Of a stretch of 64,000 bases of DNA, positions 27,385-41,275 are shown piece by piece. Position numbers and translations under genes: made by a program. Source of the DNA: Octopus sinensis (Eukaryota); NCBI RefSeq assembly GCF_006345805.1, contig NC_042999.1, forward strand, positions 49,786,001-49,850,000, read 5' to 3'. The notes under the pieces are model-generated. The model did not search any database. It saw nothing but the letters and a program-made list of their open reading frames with translations, and was not told where the DNA came from. The number at the start of each line of letters is the position of its first letter. The first letter of the stretch is position 1.

Positions 27385-27799
27385 GTCCTTGGGGATGGTA
27401 CTCGAGCCCCGTGCTAGTAGGGTATTAAGAGCACCATGCGAGCGTGATCGTTGCCAGAGCGACTATCTGACCTCCATACCGGTGGCACATAGAAGACACC
27501 ATTTGAGCATGATCGTTACCAGCATCGCCTTACTGGCACCTGTGCTGGTGGCATGTGTAAAGTATTCGAGCGAGGTTGGTGCCAGTACTGCCTGACTGGC
27601 CCCATGCTGGTGGTACGTAAAAGCACCCACTACACTCTTGGAGTGGTTGGCATTAGGAAGAGCATCCAGCTGTGGAAACTCTGCCAGATCAAGATTGGAG
27701 TCTGGTGCAGCCATCTGGTTCACCAGCCTTCAGTCAAATCGTCCAACCCATGCTAGCATGGAAAGCGGACATTAAACGATGATGATGATGATGATGATG
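27385..27799 (+). mobile_element. Family D RTE-tailed element
   Basis: Ends ccatgctagcatggaaagcggacattaaac(gat)n. Older partial copies at about 34584-34885 and 51706-51850. Confidence 0.78.
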
Positions 27800-28103
27800 G
27801 ATAAATGTCCTAGACTCCTGCAATCCCTTCTATATTTGATGCATGCAACATTGATTTGATGGAGGGAGTGAGGTAATGTGCAATGCATACACTTGATCAT
27901 TATAAACATATATTTTATGCAGCTTGTTCAGCAAGAACTGGCAGCTACCTTTTTCTCTGAGAGGCTACCAGCATCATCATTGGCTGTAACTTACTTGTTA
28001 GTGGCAGTGTTGTGGTTTAGAACAAATCAGCTCTAATTGAGCAAGCCAGTGATCAAGCACATTTAAGCTATTGATCATCCTGACTTTTTTTTATATATAT
28101 TTA

Positions 28104-28519
28104 CTAGCAGTATAGCCCAGCGTTGCTCGGGTTTGTTTTCTTTTTGACCCTTTAGAATTGGAATTTTTCAAAAGTAAAAATTTTGCATTATGTAGCTTGT
28201 TATTCTCTTTAAGTGAACATTTTTCTGGTTGAAATACACTGAAAAATGGTGACACAACAGTCAAAAAATCGTAAACAATAGGGATTTTCATAGAAAAAAA
28301 GCACCCTTTTGATGTCTTAACATGGTCCAATTTGAATTTTTTCCTCTATGGAATGAAGAGCAAGCCTTCTTCTATTATAATCTTAATTTTGGTCAACTTG
28401 CGCCGCAGGGTCTCGGAGGAGATAGTGTTGGTTGAAGGCTACCAAACCTGCCCCCCACACACACACACACATACACACACACACAACTTCAGCTTTATAT
28501 ATATATATATATATATAGA
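28104..28519 (-). mobile_element. Non-autonomous Helitron, family H2
   Basis: Matches 4879-5272 with a small internal deletion. Confidence 0.85.
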
Positions 28520-29187
28520 TGAATACCTTGTTCAATGTGTGATTCTATATTTAAGATGACAGCATAAGAGATGAGGATATTTTGGCGCTATATTTAGCAG
28601 GTTTAGAGGAAATGCATAGATCCGCTCTCAATTTTCTCATTGGTCAAAACTGTAATGTTTCCTGTTTGGTGAATGACACTTTTTTTGTATTTTTCTGAAT
28701 GAGCTTAATTCTGCTTTCATTGATAGTATTTCAATATCATTATAATGCTGTTGCTATGGACTTTTTACAAAGACTTATTATAATGATGTTACTCATCACA
28801 GTTATATTGACAGTGGTACTATAATGTTTCTATGTAACAGAGTTATTTCTAACTTGATAATTTATACTATCACAATGTTTAAGTTATAGAAACTATATAT
28901 ATTTGTGTGTGTGTGTGTGTGTGTGTTTTGCAAGATTATGGTTTAGATTCACAAACTGAGCAGCGTGTTGTGTTTTTGAGTAAAACAATTCCTTTCACGT
29001 TGCTCCACAGTCATTTCCACAGCTAACATGTGGTACCCTATGCACCTGTACAGGTAATGCCAATTTGGTGGAGAGAGAGAACTAATGTACAGTACAAACA
29101 TCTGAGCACTATAAACAATTTATTTCTGTAGTTGTTCAGCAACAAATTGCAGTTCCCTGACTAGTCATTTATCACAGAAACTCAACC

Positions 29188-29226
<39 letters not shown>

Positions 29227-29453
29227 TTGCAAGATTCTTGATGTGAAATCATGTGTTGAAACAGATGTTGTTGTATTTAGGAATGGTCATTTTTCACTAA
29301 TGAGGTCACAGAAGTGTGACGAAAGAACACTGGCTGAAATAAGATTAAGAATAATGTAAAAAACAAATAAAGCTGAAGCAAATTAACACCGAATATATAG
29401 TGTGTGTGTTTTTATTGGCTAAACTGGCAAAATGACCATTCCTAAATACAGCA

Positions 29454-29484
<31 letters not shown>

Positions 29485-29655
29485 CCTCCGTCTTCCCTTC
29501 TCTGGATCTTTCCTTCTCCTATATTTCCGACGAAGAGCTCTGCTTGAAACGTTAAACCCGCTTTCTTTTCTTCTTTCCTGAGCGTCCAATAATACTATAT
29601 TTGTTCCACGTTCTCGCGTTGTTGTGTTTTTTTGTGCTTTCATGTTTGGATCAAC

Positions 29656-29687
<32 letters not shown>

Positions 29688-30059
29688 GCTGTAGAAACCA
29701 TGCCAAAGCAGACTATGGAATCTGGTGTGGCCTCCAGCCTCACCAGGTCTGTCAAGCCATTCAATACCATGCCAGTGTGGAAAACGGATGCTAAATTATG
29801 ATATTTGCACCCTAACGTAACCAACTCATCCTCAAATTATTCTTATCATCCTGAGGCAAGAAAAGAAAAAAAAACCTATCAGTCAATGCAAACGTAGCTC
29901 AAAATGCCTTAGATAAAAGAGATGGCCATGACTGGAACACCTTTGATCATGTGTTTATCTGATTAGGTTTAAGGGTTATACATCAAATTTTAAAATGTAC
30001 AAGGGGGGAAGAAAATCAGTGTGTCAAAGCTAGACATTTGAGTTACAGCTAAAAATTTA

Positions 30060-30453
30060 TACTCTTTACTCTTTTACTTGTTTCAGTCATTTGACTACAG
30101 CCATGCTGGAGCACCGCCTTTAGTCGAGCAAATCGACCCAAGGACTTATTCTTTGTAAGCCTTATTCTATCGTCTCTTTTGCCGAACTGCCAAGTTATGG
30201 GGACATAAACACACCAGCATCGGTTGTCAAGCAATGTTGGGGGGACAAACACACACATACACAGACACACATATATACAAAACATATATACGACGGGCTT
30301 CTTTCATTTTCCGTCTACCAAATCCACCCACAAGGCTTTGGTCGGCCCGAAGCTATAGCAGAAGACATTTGCGCAAGGTGCTACACAGTGGGACTGAACC
30401 CGGAACCATGTGGTTGGTAAGCAAACTACTTACCACACAGCCACTCCTGCGCC
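30060..30453 (-). mobile_element. SINE family A
   Basis: Reverse-complement full-length copy. Confidence 0.9.
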
Positions 30454-31036
30454 TATCAAAACATTTTCATGCAGTTTCCTACCCAAAGTTTCCATATGAT
30501 TTTTTGGATAAGGCTTGAGTTACTCAGATTATGATAAAAGACATTTTCTCAAGATTTTGCACAGTTGAAGAAAACCCGAGACATTGTGATTGCAAAGTGA
30601 AATTCTGAACCATCCAGCCACAAATACAGTATTATAATTTAGCTGTTAGAAAAATGCTTCTTAGAAAACAGAGCAGTTATATAACTTATGGTTGCACTGG
30701 TAATTTAACAGCCTCACAATTTAAGTTGCCAATGTCATCGCTGTTGCTTCATTCCTGATCATCTCTGGTTGAATAGATCTAGAATCAAAAGCATTTCTGC
30801 TATGACTATTCAATTTTTTGTTTGTTTTATCTAGCAGATCAAATAACTATGTAGAAGCTCTCTGGTTGGCTTGTTATTTCATCATTATAGTCAGTGATGG
30901 TGCATTCATCTTCCATTTTCATTCCATTTACAAATTTGACGTTTATATATGTTTCATAGGGCCCGTATTTTTTACTAAAGCAGTCCATTCATGACCATCT
31001 CATCTTTTATTTAAGATACACTATAGCTAAGATTAT

Positions 31037-31346
31037 GGAGGTGCAATGGCCCAGTGGTTAGGGCAGTGGACTTGCAGTTGTAGGAACACGGTTTTGATTT
31101 CCAGACTGGTGTTGTGAGTGTTTATTGAGCAAAAACACTTAAAGATCCACAAGGCTCCAGCAGGGGGTAGTGGTTATCCCTGCCGTACTCTTTCGCCACA
31201 ACTTTCTCTCACTCTTTCTTCTGTTGGCATGCTCACTTAGCAGCAGGGTGGCATCATTTGAAGGCTAAAACAATGTGAAGCGCATTGTGACTAATGATGT
31301 GTAGCAACATCTGATAGCCTGGTCGCTCACGGTGATTACGGTGATA
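31037..31346 (+). mobile_element. tRNA-headed SINE family C, body type 1
   Basis: Head ggaggtgcaatggcccagtggttagggc; TSD ctaagatta at 31027-31035 and 31348-31356. Confidence 0.85.
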
Positions 31347-32146
31347 TCTAAGATTACATTATCTCATGTGTCCTATGATTATTTTATTTTAAATGGTAAG
31401 GTGCAATATGAGGGAGATTTGGTTGCTATTTCTAGCAGCTTGTGTAATCCTATTGAAGCTTCCTTGATTGGTGAGAGGGTGAGCTCCTGCTACTTCACCA
31501 TGTCCATTTTTAGATTTGATGTTGTTGATGTTGTTGTTTAGCCCTGAATCAAACTTAATTAAACAAGTATATAACCAAAAGCATTCTAGCAATGACCATC
31601 TCTTCTTTTGGAAGCATTGTGTATCTGGTGAATTAGCAGAGACATTAGAGTGTCAGACAAAAAGTTTTGCAGTATTTGTTCTCACTCTCTGAACCCCAAG
31701 TTCAAGTTCCACTAAAGTCAATTTCCCCTTTCATCCTTTCAGGGTTCATACAACATTACGAACCCAATCCAAGACGAGAGATTAGTAGAACTGTAAGTAG
31801 GTCAGACCAGATACCACAAGGTATTTGGAATAAGTGCCGTTATGACCTACTTGGGTGGCAGTCTTTAACAAGTCACTGGGTTTAACATCACTACTTAGAA
31901 TCTTAGGTGCCTTTAGCAGAATCTTTTCCTTTGGAAACATTCAGGCCAGATTTCCAGTTCATGACCTTCCTTTCACCTTTCCACCAGTCTGAGAGGTCCT
32001 GTAATTTATCACAAATACTGCTTTCCCTCCTAAGAGATAACAAGAAACACAAGTCCTTTTCTTAAGATGATAGAGTATAATTTGAGGGAGATTTAGTTAT
32101 TATTTTTAACAGGATGAACAACCATATAAAAGTTGTAGTGGTCAGT

Positions 32147-32530
32147 TACTCTTTTACTTGTTTCAGTCATTTGACTGCAGCCATGCTGGAGCACCGCCTT
32201 TAGTCAATCAAATCGACCCCGGGACTTATTCTTTGTAAGCCCAGTACTTATTCTATCGGTCTCTTTTGCCGAACCGCTAAGTGACGGGGACGTAAACACA
32301 CCAGCATCGGTTGTCAAGCAATGCTAGGGGGACAAACACAGACACACAAATATATATATATATACATATATACGACAGGCTTCTTTCAGTTTCCGTCTAC
32401 CAAATCCACTCACAAGGCATTGGTCGGCCCGGGGCTATAGCAGAAGACACTTGCCCAAGATGCCACGCAGTGGGACTGAACCTGCAACCATGTTGTTGGT
32501 TAGCAAGCTACTTACCACACAGCCACTCCT
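32147..32530 (-). mobile_element. SINE family A
   Basis: Reverse-complement copy; shares variants (gtaagcccagt, caaggcattgg, atgctagggg) with the 52056 copy. Confidence 0.9.
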
Positions 32531-35500
32531 TGTTGATTTGCTCCAGATCTTTGTTGATTAAGTCGGTCAATGAGTGATGACATCTTAATTGTGAGAAGCC
32601 TGTCTTAATTGTATATCAGAGGCTGCATGGTCCACAATATCTTTCATTTTTTCAAGATAATAGAGTATATCTAAAAGAATTTAGCTGCTCTTTCTACCAG
32701 GCCGACCCTCTATATAGAGATTTCCTGCTCTACTCCAATCACTTATTGTTGCTCTGATTGCTGTTATTACTGTTATTATGAAAGATTGACTATAATTAAT
32801 AAAACAATAACATAAAAGCTGTTGTTTCTAGCAGGATGTGTAAGAGGCAGTACAGATGTTTCTTTTAATCTTTCCTTGTCCTTGTTACTACTTTTATTGT
32901 TGATATTATAATATCCTGTGGATATAATTTTGCAAGATGATAGCATCAAGGCTGTTATTTCTAGCATGGTAAGGGAGCAACTTTATGAAAGCTTCACCCT
33001 TATCCCTCCTTCTTCTTACTGTTGTTGTTATTGACATTATGAAAGCCTGTGGGCATAATTTTTTCAAGAAGATACTATCAAAACCTAAATAAGTGATTCA
33101 GTAGCTATTTCACATACTGATTACATTAGTGGTTTTTGAAGATTTCTACTTGTGAGATGCCTACTTTAGTGTTATTACATGACAGCAGTAATATGTTGTA
33201 CTCTCACTTTCCCAAGTATTGATTTTTACATTGTCACAAGATCAAGATGAAAAAAAAACTTGTGGTGTAGAACTAAGTCAATTGATTGACCCATGTCTCA
33301 CTGCCACCACCACCACCACCTTCACCACTTGAACATGCCTGGTGCTTATTATAATGATGCTCCAGGAGTCAGTGAAGGAATCCCCTATGTAGTTGCTTTC
33401 TTGACTAGAAATAGCAATGAAATTACCCACAAATTGTATCCTACAGTTGTAAATGAAGAAGTATGTATCAAATAATTTAGTCCTTGATATAAAAGAAATC
33501 ATGGCATGGTCACCATGGTTGAAATACTTCTGCTTGTAGATGTACTTGATCACTGTTGATCTGGGATTAAGCAATATTAACAACAATAACATCATTGCAA
33601 AGGAATGGTAAGTGAAGTCAAACTTAGCCGGATTTGTTTAGAAGAAATCAGAAGAACTTATTACTGGGCAATTTTCTTTTTAAATATAGAAATAAGTACA
33701 CTACTCCATATGCCTACTATTACAGCATGATTGAGACTCTTCAAGGTCACTCAACTCACACGATAAAGCCATAGTTAGAATGCTTTTGATCATAAATTTG
33801 TTCAAGAATAAATAATCTGGAGCTAAACAACACCGACAATACATTGTAATAGCTACAGAGTGCAAAAAGGAAAAAAATGAGTCAAAATGGCACACACACA
33901 CACAACACACACAAACACATTAAATGTACACATGTAATCGATTTAACTACTCCTGGATAAGTGTATGGAAGCTGCAGCCCTCTGCCAAGCCATGTTATAC
34001 CAGTGTGGCAAAGTAGACCCATCAAACCAGTGTGATGTCAGGCTCAAATTCACAGCCTCCACACCAGAGAATGGTTGGTAGAGAGGACATGCCGAGACAT
34101 TCATCCTTCAGCAGAGTGAATATAGGAAATCCAATCCAATCCAATCCACACACACACACACAAAACCAGTATATTCACACTGGTGTTCAAACTTGAAATC
34201 AAAAGAAATTGCTGCTACTAAGAAAAGCAAAGCTACAGTTACCCCATCAACCATTCACTGCACCCATCAGAACAGAGTAAACCTGCAGTATAACCCTGAG
34301 TCTTAGATATCTTTGCAAAGATATACGTGTACATGTATGTATGCATGTATCATCATTTTTAAGCTTTTGTCTTCATGAACATGGATTCATATTAAAACTT
34401 CATATAATGTTTCAAATTTTTTTTGCACAAGAGCAGCAATTTTTAAGAGAGGGCATAAGTTGATAACGTCAGCCCCAATGCACAACTAGTACTTAGTTCT
34501 ATCAAGCCTAAAATGGTTAAAGGCAAACTTGGCTTCGTAAAGTGCCAGAAGAAATGCTGCTAAGTATTTTCCCAATCAATATCATCCTCATCATCGTTTA
34601 ACATCTGCTTTCACTGCAGACATGGGTTGGACGGTTTGACAGGAGCTAGCCAGATATCTGTGTCTGTTTTGGCATGGTTTTTACAGCTGGATACACTTCC
34701 TAACACCAGCCACCCAGCTGAGTGGGCTGAATACTTTAAATGTGGAACCAGCACAGGTAAGATCAGCTTTAGCATAGTCTTAACAGCTGGATGCCCTTCC
34801 AAATGTCAACCACTTTACAGTATGGACTGGATGCTTTTCACATGACACCAGCACTGGCAGGGTCACCAAGTAACTTGCAAGACAAGATCCTTTGAAAGGG
34901 GATGGGGCATTGCTAAAAATAACACGTATTGCCTGTATTTGCTCAAGTAATATGTCCTTTACATCTGATGAAAAATAACAGCCAACTGTTCTACATATCA
35001 AACACTACTGCTCCCTAATTGTATATGCATATATTTATCAGGATATATTTATCAAGTGAGACAATATGATTACAGGTGGAACATTTTTTAACATAGATTC
35101 ACCGAATCAAACCTAACCTGAGGCTAAATAGCAAATAAGTGAGCCCTTATGTGGTAACCAATGACAAAACTTCTGAATTGTTGCTTGAACTGTTAGAAAT
35201 AGTAAGCAAACTCACTCAAATTATACTACCTACAGCTTTAAAATAAAGATGACATTGGATGCTGTAGTCCCAGGCACATAAAAAAATGGTATAGTTATGT
35301 TTGAAATATATATTTCAAAAGTTTTCATTATCAGAGTTACTTTTGCAACAAAACCAACTTCAATATGGTAGGCTGACCTGCTAGAAACAGTAGTCAAAAA
35401 TTCCTCAAATCCCATGCAGAAACATCAATATGTGTATGTGCGTGCATGCACACGTATGTGTGTGTGTATACATAAACATAGAGTGAGATAAAAATACACA

Positions 35501-36601
35501 AATCAATGCACACACACACAGCAGTTTGCTTGAATTCATTCTGGCAGGCATAAATGCAAGTCCCTCAGTGATTCTTTCAATTGTTAGAAAAAGAAGCCAA
35601 AATTCTTGTACATGAACCTACCACATACAGGCTCTTTTTACAGTTGCTGTTTCGGTCCAGGTTAGCTCTGATAAAAGTATGCCACACATAACTACTCTAC
35701 CTTGTTTAACTGGTAGGTACATTAATCCCTAATATATAGAAAGACTGGGTGGTTAGAGCAGGAACATCTTTTATCATATGGCTGTGCAACCAGGACTAAC
35801 TTGTGATAAACGACTAAAATATATTGTACACAATTTAAAACAGTTTGCTGTCTATCTGGACTTCCTTCTGACTTTACTTCCACTTCCTCAAACTTCTGCT
35901 GTAAACAGAACAAAAGTGTAAGATACTGAAGCTATAAATTGACTTAAAACTGAGAGAGAGAGAGATAATTAGGAGAGGGGAAACATATAAGAAGTATGAG
36001 AGTTTGTGGGAGAAAAGCACACTGCTTGAGAAACACTATGTATTTATTAAGAAATGCTATTGAAGAAAATTGTCTATTTCATAGAAGGAGGGACATAAGA
36101 TTTGAAGTAAAGAGAGAACACCAGGTTTAGTAATGAAAATTAAGGTTGGAATATACTGTGATGAGAAATGGAAAGAAAGAGGAGATAATAAATACACTCT
36201 TTCAAAAACATGCAGTAATCACTTACCATAATCAAGACCAATGTCACTGCTAAACACATCTTTAAAACAGCATGCTTTCCCATGTGTGTGTATTTGTGTG
36301 TTTGTGTGAGAGAGAAGGAAGTATATTAGATAATAAAGGGAAAACTCATAGACAAGAAAATGAAGTAGAAAAATATAGAAGAGAAAAAGAAAGGAAGTAA
36401 AGATAATGACATTTGATTGTTGAATGCTATGTGTAGGTGATAGGTGGAAATTATTTCTCCCTTAATATAGGCAAACTGGAAGATGGGAATAAGTTTTGAT
36501 AAATCTACCAAACGTATCAAGAGTTCAAGCTTGCTTTACGTGAGAGCAGAAAGTGTTGAAATGCAATAAAGTAAAAAGAGAAGTAATATAAATTAACTTA
36601 C

Positions 36602-36650
36602 TGCCATTCACTGGTCGATCTGTTTCCTGGATATGGTGAGAGCTTACATA
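36602..36650 (-). CDS. Small internal coding exon of the FRMPD-like gene
   Basis: Acceptor tattttccattgcag, donor a|gtaagt, 49 nt, phase 0 in/1 out, YVSSHHIQETDRPVNG. Bridges the phases of the flanking exons. Confidence 0.7.
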
Positions 36651-37612
36651 CTGCAATGGAAAATAGGAAGATTCATTTAAAAACATCAAAGTCAGCAAGA
36701 TATATATCTTTTTATAGGATTAGTTGAAATAGTCAGAGGGAAGTGTTAGAAGTGATGTGGGCAGGAGACAGATGTTTGAAGTGATATTAAAAGTGGTTAG
36801 CCATACGAATTAGTGGAGATGCTGGTGAAGATAAGTGTGGTGGGGGGTGTTAGTGGTTAGAAATATGTGCTTGAACTGGTATTTTAGAATTGGAATTATA
36901 TGTGATGCAATATGTGGTCAGAGGTTGTGAACAGCTGTGAAAGCTACTGGCAGTGAGAATCGTATGCTACAGGCAAACAGATATGTTTGCCAGGGGGGTG
37001 GGGGGTACATTATGTCACAATTAGAGATTAGAGACAGATACGGGATTTTAATGGTGTTTGGCCTCCCCAACCAGATCAACTTGATAGAACAAATGTATCA
37101 TCAGAGACAATTTCAGTCATGACTATTGTGTCTTTTTTGCTGAAATTGCACATCCTGACATTAATATCCAATGTGTCCATTTATGAAAAAAGTAGCATGT
37201 GATTTGGCTGCTATTTCTAGCAGATCAAAAAAATATATAGATATGATGTAGCAGCGAGAGTAAGGAGTGGTAGATAAAACTTTCAAATGTTATTGCCTTT
37301 TTTCTTTTTTCGGTGATTGCTATAATTGGTGACATTGGTACACAAGAAGGTATTAACTAAAGATTATATTGCTAGAAGTAAAAGTAGAAGCAGTGAAAGC
37401 TTTGAATTAGTTGTGGCATTTTAAGCGGACATATATAGCAATGTGCTTCGTAATATAGTTAGCAGTAGGAAGTTGAAGCAGCATATATACGTAAGAAGGC
37501 ATGTTAGAAGGGAAATAAAGAGGTGGATATTGACAAACATTTAAGAAGAATATTTTCATTTGGAAATTACTATTTTTAAATCTCACAATGAGAGATATTC
37601 AGCAACAGTACT

Positions 37613-37972
37613 TTGGAGTAAAGATTGTTTGCCAACATAACATGGTAGTCCTGGTTTAGGACGAATGTTGCTGTAATTTAGCCCCAGGAGACATTGTCTC
37701 CAGCTGGCTATACAACACAATCTGTGTCCTTATATTTTCAAACAAGAGTATCCAGCACCCCAACTCAGCTCAAAACAATATCTGTGTAACCTGGAAATCG
37801 CAATACACAGATATTGTTTTGAGCTGAGTTGGGGTGCTAGATTCCCTTGTCTGAAAATATAAGGACACAGATTGTGTTGTATAGCCAGCTATAGACGATG
37901 GGGCTAAATTGCAGCAATATTCATCCTAAACCAGGACTGCCATGTTATGTTGGCAAACAATCTTTACTCCAA
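37613..37972. repeat. Long palindrome, arms about 170-176 bp, 15-nt loop
   Basis: 37613-37788 vs 37804-37972; 11-bp direct repeat attttcatttg at 37552 and 37974. Confidence 0.95.
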
Positions 37973-39252
37973 CATTTTCATTTGTTGTAAAAACTGAGTT
38001 ACACTAAAACCTCTTGTACCATTAATAGCATTTCAGTAAAGTTCTATGACATGATGCCAGAGCAAAGGTTCAAAATCCCAGGTTATATTCCTTCCCATGC
38101 AATCCCAAGTTTCCTCAATTCTTCTCTATTCTGAATTTCCCATCAAATCAGTTTTTAAGCATTATACTTTTACTGTAATAACTGTCAAAAAAACTATTTA
38201 TAGAACTAAATTATTTTACTAATTGCAGTCAAACAAGAAAAGAACTTATTTCAACGGGTCATAAATTCCTTGTTATAATAACCAAATATGTTGTTAGGAA
38301 GATCAACACTTTGAGTGTCATAAAAAAAGTGAGGAGAGAGTAATACTGAAATCTTAGCAATACAAAACTTTTATTTGATGTAATGTCCACTTTGACCCCT
38401 GAGCAGAGAAACTGAACAATAAAATCAAGGAACAAACTCAGTTTCATTCTAAAGCTGCCCTGCTCACAAATGGTGATCTGTCTTTCTTTCTTTATATTCA
38501 GGACACCTGTAATAAAACTAAAAGTACATCAGTCATCCAAATATGTTGCTGGGAAAAGCAAAATAATTTGAGCCTTTATTAGCTATCTTGTCATGTTTGA
38601 CAATGTTTCGATCCAGCTTCATAAAGAGTTTCCTTTGAAGCATGAACCATTTCACATTGTTAGCATTTTCCATGTCCATTGGCCTATCTGTCTAATCAGA
38701 CTCCATTTTAGATAAATAATCTCTATAAATTTCGTTTTTGGATTTGGTTTGCCAGATTCTTTATATGAGTTTGTGTGTTGAAGCATATTCTGTTGTGTCT
38801 GGGGAGAATCATTTTCTTTGGTGCCTTATGATTTAACACACTCACCAGTAAAATTTCCACTCTTTTTCTTATTTTTATTTTTCCTAAAAATTTTCGTTGC
38901 GTCTTGCTACCTTTTCAATAGTCTTTTCTATGCTTGTATGGGTCAGATGAAACTCATTGGAGCAGATTTCTTATAGCCTTGCATCAAACCAGGCCTGTTT
39001 TAATGTATGTTAATATTACCCCAAGTCCCTTAAACATTGGACAGCTCAATGACCGGACATGTTTAAGTGACAGATTGTAAATAATCACATGATTTGTAAG
39101 TAGAGTGGCTTTCTTTTTACTCACTGTTTGAATTTGTATTTCGTATGTAGAGTGAATACAGATTACATTATTTTCTAGTTTGGAGTTCTTTTCTTAGCAG
39201 AAATTCATACCCAATTCCTCAGCTAATAGAGCTAAAACCCTTCTCCTCTTAA

Positions 39253-39458
39253 CCCTTTAGTATTCAGATTATTTGGTTAAATGTAATACTTATTTATTCA
39301 TAATGTTTTGAATTAATCATGCATTACCTTGATTTTGATGATGTGATTATGTTTAGGATGACATTGTAGGGGAGGTGTGAGAGGCCAGTTCTGATTGATC
39401 TGAACCTAATGCAGGTAAAATATTTGGGCTGGATATGGCTGGTTCACATACTAAAGAA
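39253..39458. mobile_element. piggyBac-type MITE, family P2, diverged
   Basis: ttaa|ccctttagtattc start; body homologous to the 43526 copy; right TIR degenerate. Confidence 0.75.
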
Positions 39459-39597
39459 TCAAATCTAAAATTTCTTACCTAGGAGCCAAGTATGTTCTGT
39501 TTGAGAATCATTAAGTTGGAGGGTAATAAGTACAGCAAGCATGTGCCATATGATAACATGTACTATGTTGCTTCTACTTATTGTTTTACACCTCATA

Positions 39598-40131
39598 GGC
39601 ATAGGAGTGGCTGTGTGGTAAGTAGCTCACCTACCAACCACATGGCTCCAGATTCAGTCCCACTGCGTGGCACCTTGGGCAAGTGTCTTCTACTATGGCC
39701 TCGGGTGAGCCAAAGCCTTGTGAGTGGATTTGCTAGACGGAAACTGAAAGAAGCCTGTCGTATATATATTATTGATATATTGAATTGATAAAAGGTGGGG
39801 GTTTTTCTAATTTATATATATATATATATATTATATTTTGTGAAATTTGATTTAATATTTCTAAAATTAAATTTTCCTTGTAAGTTTGGAATAATAGTCC
39901 CTCATATTATTATTATATGTGTGTGTGTGTGTGTGTTTGTCTCCCCAACATCACTTGACAACTAATGCTGGTGTGTTTACATCCCCGTAACTTAGCGGTT
40001 CGGCAAAAGGAACAATAGAATAAGTACTACGCTTCCAAAGAATAAGTCCTGAGGTCGATTTGCTCAAATAAAGGTGGTGCTCCAGCATGGCCACAGTCAA
40101 ATGACTGAAACAAGTCAAAGAGTAAAAGAGT
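39598..40131 (+). mobile_element. SINE family A with about 150 bp foreign AT-rich insertion in its central microsatellite
   Basis: Head half to about 39765, tail half from about 39918. Confidence 0.88.
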
Positions 40132-40488
40132 GAAAAAAGTGTGCTCATGTAATTCCAAGCTGACATTGAAACCCTTTCAACTCTAGTATTTGACAGTAGG
40201 AGACAGAAATCCACGTCAGCGCCAAGCTAGTGCTCATCTACAGCTAAGCAGTCTGGAGTACCAAAAGAAAAAGAAAATAGAGAACTTCATTCAAGAACAA
40301 GGACATGAGTCATCTGGTTCGAGAATTGAACATGCAGCCTTACAATCATGAGCTGAACATTCTAGCCATTACGTCATGTGTTGTCACAAGAGAACTGCAA
40401 ACCAATACTTGCATATAAAAACTGACGTATAGGAGTAAAGTTCTTAATTTAGTTAATTGATTTATAATTTGTAAGTAACAAACAACGT

Positions 40489-40790
40489 GGAGGCGCAATG
40501 GCCCAGATGTTAGGGCAGCGGACTCGCGGTCGGAGTATCGTGGTTTCGATTCCCAGACCAGACGTTGTGTGGGCTTATTGGTCAAAAACACCTAAAAAGC
40601 TCCACGAGGCTCTGGCAGGGAGTGGTGGCGACCCCTGTTATATTCTTCCACCCCAACTTTCTCTCACTCTCTTTTCCTGTTTCTTGAGTAATGCTGCAAT
40701 GGACTGGCATCTCGTCCAGCTAGTGGGGAACACATACGCCACAGAAACTGGGAAACCGGGCCCAAGAGCCTGGCTAGGCTTGAAAAGGGC
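40489..40790 (+). mobile_element. SINE family C, body type 2 (V-domain-like)
   Basis: Same head; 3' part ctgcaatggactggcatctcgtccagc...cagaaactgggaaacc recalls the V-SINE central domain. Related 3' part at 61768-61945 on the minus strand. Confidence 0.8.
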
Positions 40791-41054
40791 AAAAAATGCC
40801 TAATAGTGATGTAACAGATATCCATACAAAAAACAGTGTACACAGAGGTCTACAGATCAGTGATTCTCTCATATATGAATGAAACAGTATCTAAATTGCT
40901 TTTTATTGACAATATTCTTTTAACATTTTGTGCATGAGGCAATAGATAGGTAAGCAAGGAAGACCTAACAATGGATACGCACCAATCTAAAAATAGCAGT
41001 TAAATCTGCAAATCATACTCTCTTGTTTTTACAGAGACAAGATGTATTACTTAA

Positions 41055-41275
41055 CTCTTTCGTTACCAACCCAGCTGAAACCAGCTCTGGCTCTGTAGTA
41101 CAAATGTCTTGTTTACCTAAGTTTTGAATTAAAATTTTCCACCAAACCTTAGTCACAATTAATGTTCCTAACATCAGCTTAATGATAACTAAGTTATTTT
41201 ACTAAGTTCTTTGTTATATCTAAAATAATTGAGAGAAACACAGAGCATCTCAACAGAAATACAGTAACGAAAGAG
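41055..41275. mobile_element. piggyBac-type MITE, family P1
   Basis: TTAA TSD both sides; TIR ctctttcgttac...gtaacgaaagag. Confidence 0.9.

Noticed and set aside
38468-38506. 39-nt candidate cassette exon with cag/gtgag signals
   Set aside because: In the required phase 0 it reads VS-stop; it could only be a poison exon and there is no further support.
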